A stretch of DNA of 64,000 nucleotides, taken from an uncultured delta proteobacterium. GTDB lineage: Bacteria > Myxococcota_A > Polyangia > Fen-1088. Position numbers and translations under genes: made by a program. The notes under the pieces were generated by a model. The model was not told the DNA's origin. It made no database searches and saw only the letters and a program-made list of their open reading frames with translations. Where the stretch lies: positions 32,001 to 96,000 of the forward strand of contig CAVTRY010000018.1 in the NCBI GenBank assembly GCA_963737265.1, read 5' to 3'. This document shows positions 62,694-64,000 of the stretch, piece by piece (position 1 is the first letter of the stretch; every line of letters starts with the position of its first letter).

Positions 62694-64000
62694 AGGTCCT
62701 CGGCGGCGGCGGCACGGGCGCGCTCCTTGCCCTTGCGAGCCACGGGATTGCCGGGTTCGATTGCCAGAGCCCGGTCGAACGATCGTTCGGCGTCAGCGAA
62801 TTGCTCGGAGGCGAGCTCAATTTTTCCCATCACGATGTGTGCCCGCACCTTGAGGTCGGCCGACGCACCCTTCGTCGCCTCGATAGCCTCGGTGGCCGCG
62901 ATTCGCGAGGCAGCCAGGCGGCCGCCGCTGAAGGTGGCCTCGGCCTTGGCGATGATTTTGGCCGCGGCTTCGTCGCCCGCCGCGGATTCCTGCACGCCGG
63001 CCCGATCCGAGGCGCCGCGCTCGCTAGCACTCGCCGCCAGCGTCCGGGCGGAGGACGGTTTGGTGGAAACGGGGAGCGGTGGCGATAGCGATGTCATCGA
63101 TCGATTTGGCGGCGCCAGCGGCGTCGCGGATTTGGCCGTAGGGAGCCTTGCCGTAGATGCCGTCGCCTGCGCCGGCGGAGGGGGCGTCGCTGGCAGCAAG
63201 ACAGGCTGCGCGGACGGTGGCGCCGGCATTTCATTTGGGCTTGGCCGGCCCGGCGCCTGGGCCGTCGGTGGCGGCGGCGAGACGGGTGCGGCGGTGACCA
63301 GGGCGGAGGACGGAGCGGCTGAGCTGGGCGATCCGTGGCGGACGAGGTACATGCCGGATCCCGCGATAAGAATCGTGGTCAAGGCGCCCAAGGAGAGGCC
63401 AACCTGCTTGCGCCGCCGCCGCGTGCGCTCGCTAAGCAGCTCGGTCTGCGAGGGCGATTTCATGCCGAGGATGCTGTTGCTCATGCTGCGGACGGCCTCA
63501 AGGTGGGCCAGAAGCTGCTTCTTGAGCTCCTCGGCCGAGGCTGGGCGCTTCGCCGGATCGCGGGCCACGCAGCGGAGAACCAGTTCCTCGAGGTCGGACG
63601 ACAAGTCGGAACGAAAATCCGACAACGCACGTGGATCGCGCGTGAGCTTGCGCTGCCAGACCTCGTCGACGGTTGTGCCGTCGACGGGCAGGTGGCCACC
63701 GGCCAACATGGCGTACAGAATTGCTCCCAGCGCGTAGATATCCGAGCGGAAATCGACCTTGCTGCCATTCCGGATCTGCTCGGGCGCCATGTATTTGGGC
63801 GTGCCGATGGTCGCGTCGGTCAGGGTCAGGTTGGCGCCATCGCCGGTTTCGTGCAGGAACTTGGCCACGCCGAAGTCGAGCACCTTCACCTGATCTTCGT
63901 CGTCCTGCGAGCGAACCAGCATCACGTTCGATGGCTTGAGATCGCGGTGAATGATGCCGGCGCGGTGGGCGGCCTCAAGCGCGCGGCAGACCTGGCCGGC
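62687..64000 (-). CDS. Ser/Thr kinase with TM helix and C-terminal TPR (5' partial)
   Basis: HRDLKPSN near the window end, DFG, YMAPE. Confidence 0.93.
   Translation of the reverse strand, partial: AGQVCRALEAAHRAGIIHRDLKPSNVMLVRSQDDEDQVKVLDFGVAKFLHETGDGANLTLTDATIGTPKYMAPEQIRNGSKVDFRSDIYALGAILYAMLAGGHLPVDGTTVDEVWQRKLTRDPRALSDFRSDLSSDLEELVLRCVARDPAKRPASAEELKKQLLAHLEAVRSMSNSILGMKSPSQTELLSERTRRRRKQVGLSLGALTTILIAGSGMYLVRHGSPSSAAPSSALVTAAPVSPPPPTAQAPGRPSPNEMPAPPSAQPVLLPATPPPPAQATASTARLPTAKSATPLAPPNRSMTSLSPPLPVSTKPSSARTLAASASERGASDRAGVQESAAGDEAAAKIIAKAEATFSGGRLAASRIAATEAIEATKGASADLKVRAHIVMGKIELASEQFADAERSFDRALAIEPGNPVARKGKERARAAAAEDLQ

Overview
High-GC bacterial chromosome segment with a Myxococcota (Polyangia-like) gene repertoire, inferred from its several Ser/Thr kinases, sigma54 activators, Hsp70/J-domain paralog pair and PEGA protein. 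It is mostly housekeeping and signalling genes (leuA, thyA-folA, rmuC, hypAB, cutA, trmL, ABC-F, two-component systems) interrupted by three accessory regions. (1) A decayed type I restriction-modification and integrase island at the 3' end of tRNA-Val(TAC), 1434-4184. (2) A 579-bp element at 22312-22890 with 23-bp terminal inverted repeats and a perfect 9-bp flanking direct repeat. It carries only a GxxExxY (PD-(D/E)XK-like) gene, which has its own inner inverted-repeat pair, and no transposase. This is the best candidate for an undescribed system. (3) A 7-kb decayed defence region at 35158-42029 with a four-AP2-domain protein, duplicated hsdM/hsdR remnants and two zeta-toxin-like ATPase/small-partner pairs. 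Also notable: an Mpv17/PMP22-like gene following thyA-folA, a sigma54 promoter and palindrome upstream of a tiny Lys-rich secreted protein next to a two-component system, a LysR gene that appears to start at ATC, and a membrane-anchored GHMP kinase. All calls come from motif recognition by eye; no database searches were run.
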